From: Selaginella moellendorffii
Taxonomy: Eukaryota; Plantae; Lycopodiophyta
Reading direction: 5' to 3'
DNA: 64,000 nt
NCBI RefSeq assembly: GCF_000143415.4
Contig: NW_003314295.1
Coordinates: 1,721,950 to 1,785,949, forward strand
In this document: positions 43,334 to 54,198 of the stretch, piece after piece
Layout: the number at the start of each line of letters is the position of its first letter
How positions within the stretch are numbered: position 1 is the first letter of the stretch
The notes under the pieces: model-generated
Told to the model about the DNA's origin: nothing
What the model saw: the letters and a program-made list of their open reading frames with translations, nothing else
Databases searched by the model: none
Position numbers and translations under genes: made by a program

Positions 43334-45403
43334 ATGAGTTCAGGCATAGTGATTGTTCTTCTCGTTTTTTGCTTCATCTGCTCTTTCTCGAATGCAAAAG
43401 AGGAGTCATCTGTGCTTTTGAGCTTCAAAAACTCTGTGGACGATCCATCTAAAACTCTGTCCAGCTGGAATACAAGTGTTAACTTCTGCCAGCACTGGAA
43501 CGGCATAGCCTGCACGGCGAAAGGCCGAGTTTCCATTCTTGCACTTGAGAATTTAGCACTTCCAGGGTCGCTCTTGGTTTCCACAATCAACTCTTTGCCC
43601 TTCTTACTCGAGCTATCTGTCTTGGGAAGCAACTTCACTGATGCTTTGAATTCCTCCAAACAAGCCTGCTCACTTGAGTTGATCAAACTGTCGGGTAATC
43701 AAAACATGTCTTTCACGACCAATTTTGATGCTATGCTAGTCTGCAAAGGTCTAAAGATTCTCAATCTTTCAAACAATCAAATTGAGGGTAAGATTCAGGT
43801 GCCAATAGGCAGCGTTTTGGAAGTAATGGATCTCTCCAACAACTTATTTAGTGGGGAGCTTCCCCACTTACTGTTTTCACAGTGCAAGAGATTGAGATAT
43901 CTAGACCTCTCCCACAATCATCTCACCGGAGAACTTCCAGAGGATCTTTTTAAAAATTGTACTAATCTGCAGCAAATCTCTCTGGCCTCCAACAGCTTCC
44001 GTGGCACATCATTTCCCTCTATTCACTCCTTGCCATCGCTAGAATTTCTCGACGCTAGCTTCAACAACTTCACAGGTCCGGTTCCTGCAATTCATGAGAA
44101 CCTCAAGCATCTTAATCTTAGCTCAAACAATTTCAGCACAACCAGGGAAACCTTATGTCCATCGCTCAACTCCTCGAGGCTGGAGAGCTTGATCCTGGTC
44201 AACAACAAGCTCACCGGAAGGGTATTGGACAGCGTCATGAATTGCTCTAGCCTTAGGATGTTGGATTTGAGCTTCAATTCGTTAACAGGAGAGATTCCAA
44301 GCAGCATATGCAAACAACTTCCCAAGCTCGAGCACTTTCTCGCGTGGGTAAACAACCTCCAGGGGCAGCTTCCCCAAAACCTTGCATCGTGCAGTAACCT
44401 CACCGAGATCATCCTCACTTTCAACAATCTCAGTGGAAACATTCCACCTGAGCTGTTGTCCAGCACAAAGAGCCTCCAATGGTTATGCTTGAGTAATAAC
44501 AGATTGAGTGGAGAGTTGCCTGATTCATTGGAGCATGCAAAGGAGATGATAGTGCTTCAGCTGAGCAACAACAGCCTGCAGGGCAAACTGCCCAGCAACA
44601 TGACCATGCAGACGATAGATCTCCGTGGAAACAGCTTGAGCGGGAGGATTTCAGCCTCTTTGAATGGTTTCACAGGCACCAAATCTGCCAAATCCAACGT
44701 TGCTGGGACGAGCTTGAAGCTAGCAACAGGGATAAAAACATGTGGTTGCATCGACAACATTTTTATCTTACAAGGAATCTCTTTGGAAGAAATGGAGAGG
44801 CTACTTTCTGCCAAGAGCGGTGGCTGCAAATGCTCCATAAGTTTCCTTCCAGCAAGCTTTTATGGTTTCTCCACCACCAGCCCTTCCTTCATCGATGTTT
44901 CATTCAATAGACTGGTGGGAGACATCCCGCGGGAGCTTGGGAGCATGCAGGACGCCAATTACCTCAGTGTTGCACATAACTTCCTGTCCGGAACAATCCC
45001 CGTGGAGCTCGGGTATCTCAAGAAAGTGATAGGGATGGACTTGTCATTCAATGATCTCCAAGGAAGCATTCCAAGCTCGTTTTCGTCTCTCCAGTCCCTC
45101 ACAGGGTTGAATGTGTCGCATAACAACTTGTCCGGTCCAATTCCACAGGGTGGTCAGCTTTGGACACTTGATCCGAGCAGCTATGCAGGAAATGCCGGTC
45201 TGTGTGGTTTCCCTCTAGCGTCATGCATCACATCACCACCAACAGCGACGAATCGTGCTGACCATGGCGATGGCGATGGTGGATTGGGAGCAGTTCTTGC
45301 GGTGAGCTTTGCAATTGGGGTGCTGGTCTCGGTTATCTCCTGTACAATGGTAGTCACCATTGATAGTAGGAAACGCTTTGTGGAGAGAGCTTGCTATGGA
45401 TGA
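43334..45403 (+). CDS. LRR receptor-like protein: signal peptide, LRRs, island domain, 4 LRRs, TM, short tail, no kinase; ectodomain resembles BRI1/BRL2
   Basis: Single ORF with N-cap CQHWNGIAC, plant LRRs (LxxLxLSxNxLxGxIP), a non-LRR insert at about 44660-44885, C-cap GNAGLCGFPLASC, TM GLGAVLAVSFAIGVLVSVISCTMVVTI and a 13-aa tail. Confidence 0.93.
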   Translation: MSSGIVIVLLVFCFICSFSNAKEESSVLLSFKNSVDDPSKTLSSWNTSVNFCQHWNGIACTAKGRVSILALENLALPGSLLVSTINSLPFLLELSVLGSNFTDALNSSKQACSLELIKLSGNQNMSFTTNFDAMLVCKGLKILNLSNNQIEGKIQVPIGSVLEVMDLSNNLFSGELPHLLFSQCKRLRYLDLSHNHLTGELPEDLFKNCTNLQQISLASNSFRGTSFPSIHSLPSLEFLDASFNNFTGPVPAIHENLKHLNLSSNNFSTTRETLCPSLNSSRLESLILVNNKLTGRVLDSVMNCSSLRMLDLSFNSLTGEIPSSICKQLPKLEHFLAWVNNLQGQLPQNLASCSNLTEIILTFNNLSGNIPPELLSSTKSLQWLCLSNNRLSGELPDSLEHAKEMIVLQLSNNSLQGKLPSNMTMQTIDLRGNSLSGRISASLNGFTGTKSAKSNVAGTSLKLATGIKTCGCIDNIFILQGISLEEMERLLSAKSGGCKCSISFLPASFYGFSTTSPSFIDVSFNRLVGDIPRELGSMQDANYLSVAHNFLSGTIPVELGYLKKVIGMDLSFNDLQGSIPSSFSSLQSLTGLNVSHNNLSGPIPQGGQLWTLDPSSYAGNAGLCGFPLASCITSPPTATNRADHGDGDGGLGAVLAVSFAIGVLVSVISCTMVVTIDSRKRFVERACYG

Positions 45404-46041
45404 TGGACACACCGAATAAAAAAGAGAGCCCTCAGACTAAGGCCATGTTTTCTCCACACACAACCGAGCGCTCTCTTTCTCGACAAATCCATTCGCAGCA
45501 AAGAGACGAGACCCACAAAGGAAACGACCCAACACTCGTTCTCGAGCCCAGTCTCGTAAGGAGACCAAACAAATGCTCGATCAAACAAGCCAGGGCCGCC
45601 GCCAATGCGAAACCCCTCTTACCGCAACTTCATCCCTGCCGAGAAAACGAGAGCGCCCAGCCACAAATTCGGTGTGGTTAAGACAGTGGTCATCACCGGG
45701 CTGATGAAATAGATCTCAGCGAAAAGGATTTCCTCACGCTTCCAGGAGCACTGGGAAAGATAACGCAGTGAAAAAACCATCACAGATCTGCTAGTAAAAG
45801 GGGCATCTCAGAAACCAGGATTAGCAGCTGGTATACCGTGCATCTGCATCGGATCCACAGAGAGACCCATGAAAGCGCAAGGATAAACAAGGAAATCCTC
45901 CCCGATGCCCAAAGAACCCTAGCTACTGACCAAGAACCCTAGTCCCAATAGCGAATTTTATACAGCCAAGAACCCTAATTCAAGGGCCTCCAAAATTGGA
46001 GTAAGAAGATATTTAAAAACGAAAGTTTCTTCGGCCGTAAG

Positions 46042-46685
46042 TTATCTTCTCGCTCGCAGCAATTCCTCGATGACATCTAATCGCGTCTCCACTCCGGAGA
46101 TTCTTGACATGATCGCCTGCCAAAGAGAGCTAGATCGAAAGAGAAAAAAGAAAAACCCATGGATCATACCTCTTCCTTCATCCTCCTCTCGTCTTCCTTC
46201 CTCGCCTCCTCCTTTCTCTTGGCTTCCTCCGAGCGCGCGTTCCTCGACACCTCGAAAATCACCACTGCTCCTCCAACCTGGAAAGAATTTTTGGGAAGAA
46301 TCTCTCAATGCGAAAAGGAATCGAATCGAAGAGTGGCACTTTACTGACCCCAAAAATGAAGAACTCGCCCAGCATCTCCGACGCGGCTTGCACGGCCTTC
46401 TCCTCGTTGAGCGGCCGGATTTCCACATCCGTGGCGTGGCCATAGATCCGCCTTTGCAGATTCACGCTAAACCTGTGGTTGAGCTGCAAGAAATCGCGAC
46501 AACAAGCGCGAGGAGCCAGAGATTTCGAGCGAAATATCGCAATGCCACCGCCATACCTGCGCCATTTTGCTGATCGACTCGCGAAACCTGGGATGATGCG
46601 CCGCCGTCTTCTTCAACCGATTCGCCACGGGCTTGCTCAGCGTCCGCAATGCCAGAGTGGCCAGCTTCATCAATGGGAAGATCAT
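46042..46685 (-). CDS. OPA3-like mitochondrial protein, 4 short exons
   Basis: MIFPLMKLATLALRTLSKPVANRLKK.A..HPRFR, LNHRFSVNLQRRIYGHATDVEIRPLNEEKAVQAASEMLGEFFIFG, VGGAVVIFEVSRNARSE. Confidence 0.88.
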
Positions 46686-46833
46686 CGCACCGCATTGACC
46701 GGATCGGCCGCGCCAATTCAATCTATACTCGCTACTAGCGCCATCCCAGCAGCTTCTACCATCGCTTCCAACATAAACCCTAAACTTCGAGAGATTAAAG
46801 AGTAAACACATTTATTAGATTAAGCTATCGCGT

Positions 46834-49407
46834 TTAAGCCAGCGTTCTAAACCATGACAGCGTTTTGCTCAGCGCTTGGTCCAAAATCCGTGAGCCTTGC
46901 TCGATGCCTGGCAGGAAAACCCAAGAGTTTTTCAAGTTTTTCGCTTAGATTTCTTGCTTCGATCGATTGAAAAGGAAGAACTTACCGAGATCTACAGCCA
47001 CTCTGTGACCACACATCATTCCAGAGAAGGCTACCGCAATGACTCCTTGGCCGGGAAAGCAGCTATCTCCAACGCAGTATAGTCCTTCCACTGCCTGGAA
47101 CATCGACTGTGATGAATCCAATCTATCTTCCAGAATAAAAAGCTCTACAGGTTTTTCGCAAACTCACTGTTGTGTTGAATGGCATCCCGAGAAGTCCTTT
47201 GGGCTTTCCAACAGGGATTGGTCCGTAAGTTCCTTGGTCTCGAGCGAGATAGCGTCTGTGAGTTTTAGGCGTCCCGACCTTTGACACACGAAAGTTACAA
47301 AGTCTAGCGTGAGAGAAATGAAAACAAGGAAGGAAACTTGAGAGCCTGCTCGTACCTCTCGAAGAACTGTTGCGTCCTTGAGACCGGGAAACAGTTTCGC
47401 TTCCAGTCTCTTAACGATCACATCGGCCACAGCCTCCTTCTTGTCATTGTACTCCGAGCTACTTAACCCCTGCGATATCATCAGAAATTTTAGTCTTTTC
47501 TTTGAAAGCTTGTGTGAAAGCTATGGAGCTCCACGTACTTGCCAATCATCGGCCCATGCGGTGGTAAATATGTGAAGAATATGGCGATCCTCTGGAGCTA
47601 GCGAGGGATCCAAAACAGTGGGAATGCTCAAGAAGATCGTACCATAAGGCTTCTCGAGGTTATCCCACGAGTCCTACAAGAGAAAACCAAAGACTCAAGC
47701 TAGAAGAAATGAAAAGCCCGAGTAGCATACCTCGAGAACGAGATGATGGCACTCGGTTCCTTGAGGCAAAACTTCGGCTTTCACTCCCATATGTATTGAG
47801 AGAAACGATGGAGCTTTCTTGTAGACTGTCTGGAAGCGTCGTTCTTCGTCTGGCATTTCAGAATCGAGCAGCTTTTCTGGTGATCGAAGCAAACGCAAGG
47901 TCATATTCTAGAAACCAAATTCACCATGATAGTCGAAAACAGTACCAAAAGTATCCCATCGCGTAGCATTGGAGATGACTGTTTTGCCAAGCAATCGTGT
48001 TCCATCCGCTAGTTGCACGCCAACCTGAACACCTGAAGCGACCTCACACTCGTTAAACAATCTTGCAAACCAACAGAAGCGACAGAAGGGAAAAATATAT
48101 ACAAAGTGGAACGAAAAGAGTGAAAGCTCACCGCTTTGTTTTGCTCCATCAAGATTTTCTTCACGTTGGACTTGTAGCGAATTTCGCCTCCTCTCTCAAT
48201 CAGGCCGTCTGCCAGCTCTTGTGCTATCAATCCAACACCTCCAACGGGATAGTTGATCCCTCCGAAGTGTCGATCGCAAATCACCTACAAAGCAAAGAGT
48301 GTTTGCTATAATCTGTTCGTCTTCTTTGGAAAGAAGTGTTACCATGCTCGCATTGATCATTGGTGTACACAACGCGTCGACGGTACTGACGAGGAAGCAC
48401 TAGAACAAAATCACAGTTAAGCCGAAACTGGAAAAAAAAAAAGTTCTAAAGCTTACTTCGGTATCTATAAACGACAGCAAAACTGGATCTTTGATGTACT
48501 TCCTCGCAATATCACCAGCATTTTGGGGAAGATAGTACGCTGCGCGAAACAAAAAATGAGAAAAACCAATGTCTAGAATCGAGTTTTTCAACTCACCAAG
48601 AGTCAAGCAAGCAAGTGGGTTTCTGAAAAACTGGCCGAAAAGGTAGAGCGGCTCCTCGAGAGATTTAAGCTCCAGCGAATTCAATGCGTTAAAAACCTGT
48701 GCATGGATGGTTCGTCGACGAGGAAACAACGAAAAGCGAGCAAAAAAAACCTTCCAGCATTCTCCGTAGAAGCCTCGTATTCCTTTCTCTTCGTGTGGAA
48801 ACTGGTCGACAAGCTCGCCGATGAAATCCTCGTAGTCTCGATGAACTCTCACGGACAAGTTGTTTGGCATATGGTAGTGGACAGTGGTGGGATCGGGTAT
48901 GAGCTCCAACTTTCGTCCGACAGCAGCCAAGGCACGAGTTATCAGATTGATCGACCCCTGGATGGAGCAAGAACAAAAAAGAGTTGGAACTCTTCTCAAG
49001 AACAAACTTTGTCCACTTGCCTTGTCGCTGAAACCAAACATGACGGACGATCCAACATCGAAAGTGTAGCCATCTCGCTTGAAAAACCCAGCACTTCCAC
49101 CAGGAATCACGTACTTCTCTAGCAGCAGCACCGAAGCGCCCCGGATTGCGAGTTGACTTGCTGCAACCAAGCCCCCGATTCCAGCGCCAACCACAATCGC
49201 ATCGTACCTCTTCTCCGCGAAGAATCCCTGGCTTCCATCGCTAGGAGCTGCCGAGAAGGAAGCTTGGCTCGTGGAAACAGCCGCCGCAGCAAAACCGGCG
49301 TGGGTGCCAAGACGCACGGATCTCTGCTTGCTTGGAGCTCCAAAACAAGGCAAAGGACTCGTGGGTCTTGCGGAGACTCCACAAGGAGCGAGAATTGCCG
49401 GTGCCAT
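46834..49407 (-). CDS. CRTISO: Carotenoid (prolycopene) isomerase, multi-exon
   Basis: [124 protein letters not shown]-terminal WFRTLA. Confidence 0.96.
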
Positions 49408-49667
49408 CGTCGTGACGAGTGGACACTAGCGCACCATTGCGAGAGATTTTGAGTGACCCAACAAAGTGGCCTCCACCTTGAAGATAAAAAAATACCCAAG
49501 GAATCAAAGCAAACACCGAGATTCCATCAAGAACAAGACGAGCTCTTAGTTTGTCCTCCGAAAGAGAAGACTTGTCAGTTAGTTTTTTCTTCTTCACGTC
49601 CAAGAACACGACGACACTGGAGAAGAAAAGTGTGAAGAAAAAAGATTAGTTTTGCGAGGAGCGAAGC

Positions 49668-51169
49668 TCAAATGGAAGAGATTTGATCTCTCAAAAGCCG
49701 GAGCAGCGGTTCCAAGGCGTTGGGCGAGAACTTCCTCGCAAAGAAGAGGCACGTACCGACGGTGCGGCCATTGTAGGAGCAATCCCCAGCGCGCCGGAGC
49801 CTGTCCAAAAACTCTGGAGTCACGTCATCGCGGCCAAACATGGCCGGGTGCGCGCCACCCCGAGACCAATCCACCGCCGTCAAGCTCCGGTTGGCCAGCG
49901 CAGAGCCAAACTCGATGCTCAGCATCGTCGGGATGTAGTGCTCGTCGACGTAGCACGCGGGCCGGCAAAAATCCCGAAACTTTGGATAGTACTTGTTGTC
50001 CGCCACCAAATGGAGCGCCAGCTTCCGCTCCATCTCGAACCACTGCGAGCCTTTCCTCCACTGCTCGAGCTTGACCTCGGGCAGCATGTTTGTGCTGTAT
50101 CGCCCGCGTCCAAACGGGCCCGGATCGTCGAAAACTCCCACGAAGCTGTGCTGGGATTTGATCACGTAGCGGTAGAAAGTGGTGAAGTTGTGGAGCGGGG
50201 CGCAGCTCTCCGAGAGGAGCACGAACCTGTGGTTGGAGTGGTCGAGGAGAGCGTTGGCTACGAGCCGCCTCTCGGCGTCACACATTGTGATCTCTCCCCA
50301 CTGCGTGTCCTGGAAGAACGAAGTTGCACAAACACTTAGTTCCCGAGTAAGAAGAACACACAAAAACGAGATTTTGGAGGTGTGATGCATCCATGTTCAC
50401 TCTCTGGATCGAAACCAAGGAGTGTGGAGGAAGCAAACCATCAGCTTTTCAGTAAACGAAGTTCGAAGAACACACAAAAACGAGATATTGGAGGTCTTCA
50501 CTGTCTGGATCAAAACCAGAGAGCGTGGAGAAAGAAAAATATCAACTTTTCAGGAAAGGAGGCCTGGAAACACATCCAGAAAATCATCCACGAACTTACC
50601 TCACGGAGAAAAAGATGGTATAGCAAACACACTCTAGCAAGCCAAACAACCAAGGACGCGAAAAAGAACAGTGAGAGAGCTTGTCGCCATACCTGGCTTG
50701 GAATGTGCCGACCATAGAAAACCGAAGTTTTCGGAAGATCCATGGCGAAGCCCGGGAGAGCATGGATGTAGATCGAGTAGCGGCCTTCGTTCCCCCGGAA
50801 GAACATCTCCCACAGCGGGGCCAGAGGGAGAGGCCCCCTCGTCATGAACAAAAACGCCACCTTGCGGATCTTCTTCACTGGCGGTCCCTGGCGCAGTGGA
50901 GCCAACGAAGCCAACCACAAGAGCTCCGGATCGGAAACGTTGTGCTTGACGGGAAATCCCCCCCACAGCCACTCCCTGGCGAACTTCAAGCTGTCGATCG
51001 AGGAGGAGGAGGTGTAGCAGCCACTGCCTGGATTTGCCGAGAGAAAACCACGCCGGAGGTTGAGATAGTCGGACATGTGAAGGCTGGCCAGGACCCCCAG
51101 GAGCAAACCTGTGAAGAGCGCGATGCATAGTAGCATGAACTTTGCGAGTCCTTGCGGCCACTTGATCAT
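49668..51169 (-). CDS. Core-2/I-branching (DUF266, BC10-like) glycosyltransferase; two exons, intron 50310-50692
   Basis: N-terminal TM, KVAFLFMTRGPLPLAPLWEMFF, YSIYIH, WGEITMCDAERRLVANALLD, RFVLLSESCAPL, WRKGSQWFE, CYVDEHYIPT, FFARKF. Confidence 0.93.
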
Positions 51170-51575
51170 GGTGGCGGTGGCGGCGACCTGGAATCTGGAA
51201 GTCAGCAGCCTCTCACACTACTGCCGGCGCAGCTAAATCTTGAGTCATGGACTGGAAGAAGAACCAAAACTTTTTTTTTTCTCTGCAGCTCTCAGCACCA
51301 ATTCAGCTCATACCCACTGTGAAAAATAGGGCGCTGGGAGAAAGAGCTCCTGGACCACTGCTCCACATTCTCGCACTCGCTCGAGAGAAAAAAATCGAGG
51401 AAACCTGGAGAATTGCTTGCGCTGCTGGGTTTGCCCAGTATCGCTCCTTGTCCTAGCTTAGCGCTAAGTCCCTGCTTACCTCTCTCTTGACATCTCGTGA
51501 TTCCAGCCCTTACGCATATTCCACAGGATATTTCCCCTTAGATCTTACCGAAGTCAATTGGTTCTTTACCTTCCA

Positions 51576-53426
51576 ATGGATAGAACCCAATGCTACGATT
51601 CCATTAGGCTTTGCAGTAGCGTAGATGCTCTCGCTCGTCTTCACTCTACCATCAAACACCACCTTCCAGATGACCTCAAGATGGCTAACATGCTGCTCCA
51701 GAAATATGCCCAGCTTGGGCATTTGCAGCAGGCAATACACGTCTTTGACTCTATCCTCCACAAGGACAGTTTCTCTTGGAACTCGATGCTATCCGCGTAT
51801 GCCCGTGCCGGAAAGCTCGAGCACGCAGAGCGGATCTTTACCCAGATGCCAGATCCAAACCTTGTGTCTTATAACGCAATGTTGTCTTCATATGCCATCA
51901 ATGGGCATATTAGAGATGCGGAAAAACTCTTTGATTCCATCCCTCTAACAAATCAAGTGACTTGGGCAGCTATCCTTGGCGCATATGCCCGAAACGGGCA
52001 TATGGAAAAAGCTAAAGGAATCTTTAGCACGATGCCGGAGTATAGCCTTGTCTCGTGGAACTTGATTCTCTCTGCCTATGCCGATAGAGGGCATTTGAAA
52101 GAGGTGGTGGAAGTTTTCCAAACAATGAAAGAAAGAAACGTGGGATCTTATAATGCATTGCTCTCTGGGTATGCTTTTGACAGAAGCCAAATCTCAAAAG
52201 CAAGGAATATACTTGATACGATGCCAGAGAGAGATTTGGTGTCGTGGACTGTCATGCTAATAAGCTATGCCCAGAAAGGGCATCTGGATGAAGCTCAGGT
52301 GATTTTCGAGAATATGGAAGAGCGGGATGTGGTTACGTGGAATGCAATGTTAGCTGCCTACTCTGCAAATGGCCGCGTCAAGGAAGCCAAGAAAATGTTT
52401 GACAAGATGAAAGAGCACAGCCTTGTGTCGTGGACCACGCTGATATCAGCATATTGCCACAATGGACGCGTTGGCCAAGCTCTTGATTTGTTTAACCAGA
52501 TGGAAGAGCACGATTTGACTACGCGTAACACTATATTTGCGATGCTTGTTCAAAACAATGAATTTGAGGATGCCAAAAGAATCTACGATCGTACTCCAAT
52601 TCTGAACGAAGTAAGCTTGACTATTATGGTGGAAGCATATGCCCAGAAAGGCCATTTGGAAGAAGCAAAATGCATGTTTGATCGCCTGAAAGTCAGAAGT
52701 TTGATATCTTCAACGGCAATGTTGTGTGCATACGATTTATTCGGATTCACAGAAGAAGCAGAAAACATGTTTCACTCCATGCAAGAGCACGATATTGCCT
52801 CGTGCAATGCAATGGTGTCAGCATATGCCCAACATGGGCATATCTGTAAAGCTAAGTTCTTATTTGATGCGTTGCCATTTCGAGATCCGATCTCCTGGAA
52901 CGCAATGCTCTCGGGCTACATCCAAGCCGGGAAGCTCCAAAAGTCTTGGCAATTCTTCACGAAAATGCCAGAAATAGATTCTTTCTCGTGGAACTCATTC
53001 CTTGCCGGCTATGCCCAGCGCGGAGAAATCGATTCCCTCGCCACCCTGCTTCACTCACTGGCCTTAACGCTCCTCCCAGACGAGATCTCTTTCGTGTGTG
53101 TGTTCTTGGCACTCAGCCACAGTGGTAATCTCTTCTCGGCCTGGAAATACTTCCTGTCCATGAGCAGTGACTACAACTTGGTTCCAACAAAGCAGCATTT
53201 TTGCTGCATGGCCAATTTGCTGGGTCGAGCCGGTTACCTGAAAGAAGCCGAGGACTTAATCGCGACCATGCCGTATGTGGGCGACGATTTGGACTGGACA
53301 TGTGTGCTTGCGTCTTGCGGCTTACACAAAAACATGGAGCTCGCTAATCGAGCTAGCAAACGTGTGCTTGGCTTCAACAGCAAATACGCTCCAGCATACT
53401 TATTAGTAGCAAACATGGCAGGATAA
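51576..53426 (+). CDS. PLS/E-class PPR protein with many 31-aa short motifs, no DYW
   Basis: Repeats of SWNxMLxAYAxxGH..A..F..MPE; C-terminal QHFCCMANLLGRAGYLKEAEDLIATMP, WTCVLASC, AYLLVAN. Confidence 0.94.
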   Translation: MDRTQCYDSIRLCSSVDALARLHSTIKHHLPDDLKMANMLLQKYAQLGHLQQAIHVFDSILHKDSFSWNSMLSAYARAGKLEHAERIFTQMPDPNLVSYNAMLSSYAINGHIRDAEKLFDSIPLTNQVTWAAILGAYARNGHMEKAKGIFSTMPEYSLVSWNLILSAYADRGHLKEVVEVFQTMKERNVGSYNALLSGYAFDRSQISKARNILDTMPERDLVSWTVMLISYAQKGHLDEAQVIFENMEERDVVTWNAMLAAYSANGRVKEAKKMFDKMKEHSLVSWTTLISAYCHNGRVGQALDLFNQMEEHDLTTRNTIFAMLVQNNEFEDAKRIYDRTPILNEVSLTIMVEAYAQKGHLEEAKCMFDRLKVRSLISSTAMLCAYDLFGFTEEAENMFHSMQEHDIASCNAMVSAYAQHGHICKAKFLFDALPFRDPISWNAMLSGYIQAGKLQKSWQFFTKMPEIDSFSWNSFLAGYAQRGEIDSLATLLHSLALTLLPDEISFVCVFLALSHSGNLFSAWKYFLSMSSDYNLVPTKQHFCCMANLLGRAGYLKEAEDLIATMPYVGDDLDWTCVLASCGLHKNMELANRASKRVLGFNSKYAPAYLLVANMAG

Positions 53427-53579
53427 AAAATCTCTCAAAAGAAAATCTTTGGTAAAGTTGTTCGTTGAAGATTTTTTCCAAGGCATGGAACACATGTCTC
53501 TACATGGTTCCCGCCTTACACTGTAGAACTCTTGTTCTTTTTTTTTTTTTAATCGCAATCCGAGAAGAGGGTTTCGGTG

Positions 53580-54175
53580 ATGGCGGCCTTGACAACAATC
53601 TGGCAGCCTGCTACTTCGGAACGATCAGCCACTCGAAGATCTTCCATGGTATGTATGAGCATCTGTTTGTAGGATACATCGAACGAGCGCATTTCCAGAT
53701 CCACACGGGATTTCGCCGACTCACACCAAGAGCCAAGAGAAACTCTACAAGGTGCTCAGTGTCACACCAAGAGCAAAGCTGCTCGAATAGAGTTCCAACA
53801 TTCTGGGAGCGTTTGTTGCTTGCCTGGCAAGTTCTCTTCCCGCCTTCAAACTCTAGCGCAGAGACAAGTGCCAACATCGCGAAGCAGCGGTTGAAGATGG
53901 TTCTCATCGCAGATAGGTGTGCTGTAAGCGACGCAGCGAAGCGGATGATCGTCTCCAACGTTGTTGGAGCAATGTCTCATTTTGTCGAGGTTGAGTCGGA
54001 GGAGAAGGTCCAGCTAAACGTGACGACCGATTCTGAGCTTGGCACCATTTACTCCATCACTATTCCGGTGAGAAGAGTAAAGCCAGAGTATCAGCTTTCC
54101 TCCAAAGATTTGGAGGGCGTGGAGCTAGCGGAAGGATTGACGTGCAACATTGTTCTCGATCCTCGGGAACCATAG
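53580..54175 (+). CDS. MinE1: Plastid division topological specificity factor MinE; probable intron about 53649-53698
   Basis: FWERLLLAWQVLFPP, ANIAKQRLKMVLIADRCAVSDAAKRMIVSNVVGAMSHFVEVESEEKVQLNVTTDSELGTIYSITIPVRRVKPEY. Confidence 0.92.
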
Positions 54176-54198
54176 CCAGCAGCATCCAACTCTTGTTT

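Noticed and set aside
45404-46041. Possible detached kinase exon for the LRR protein
   Set aside because: No kinase motifs seen; only short ORFs and three aagaacccta repeats.
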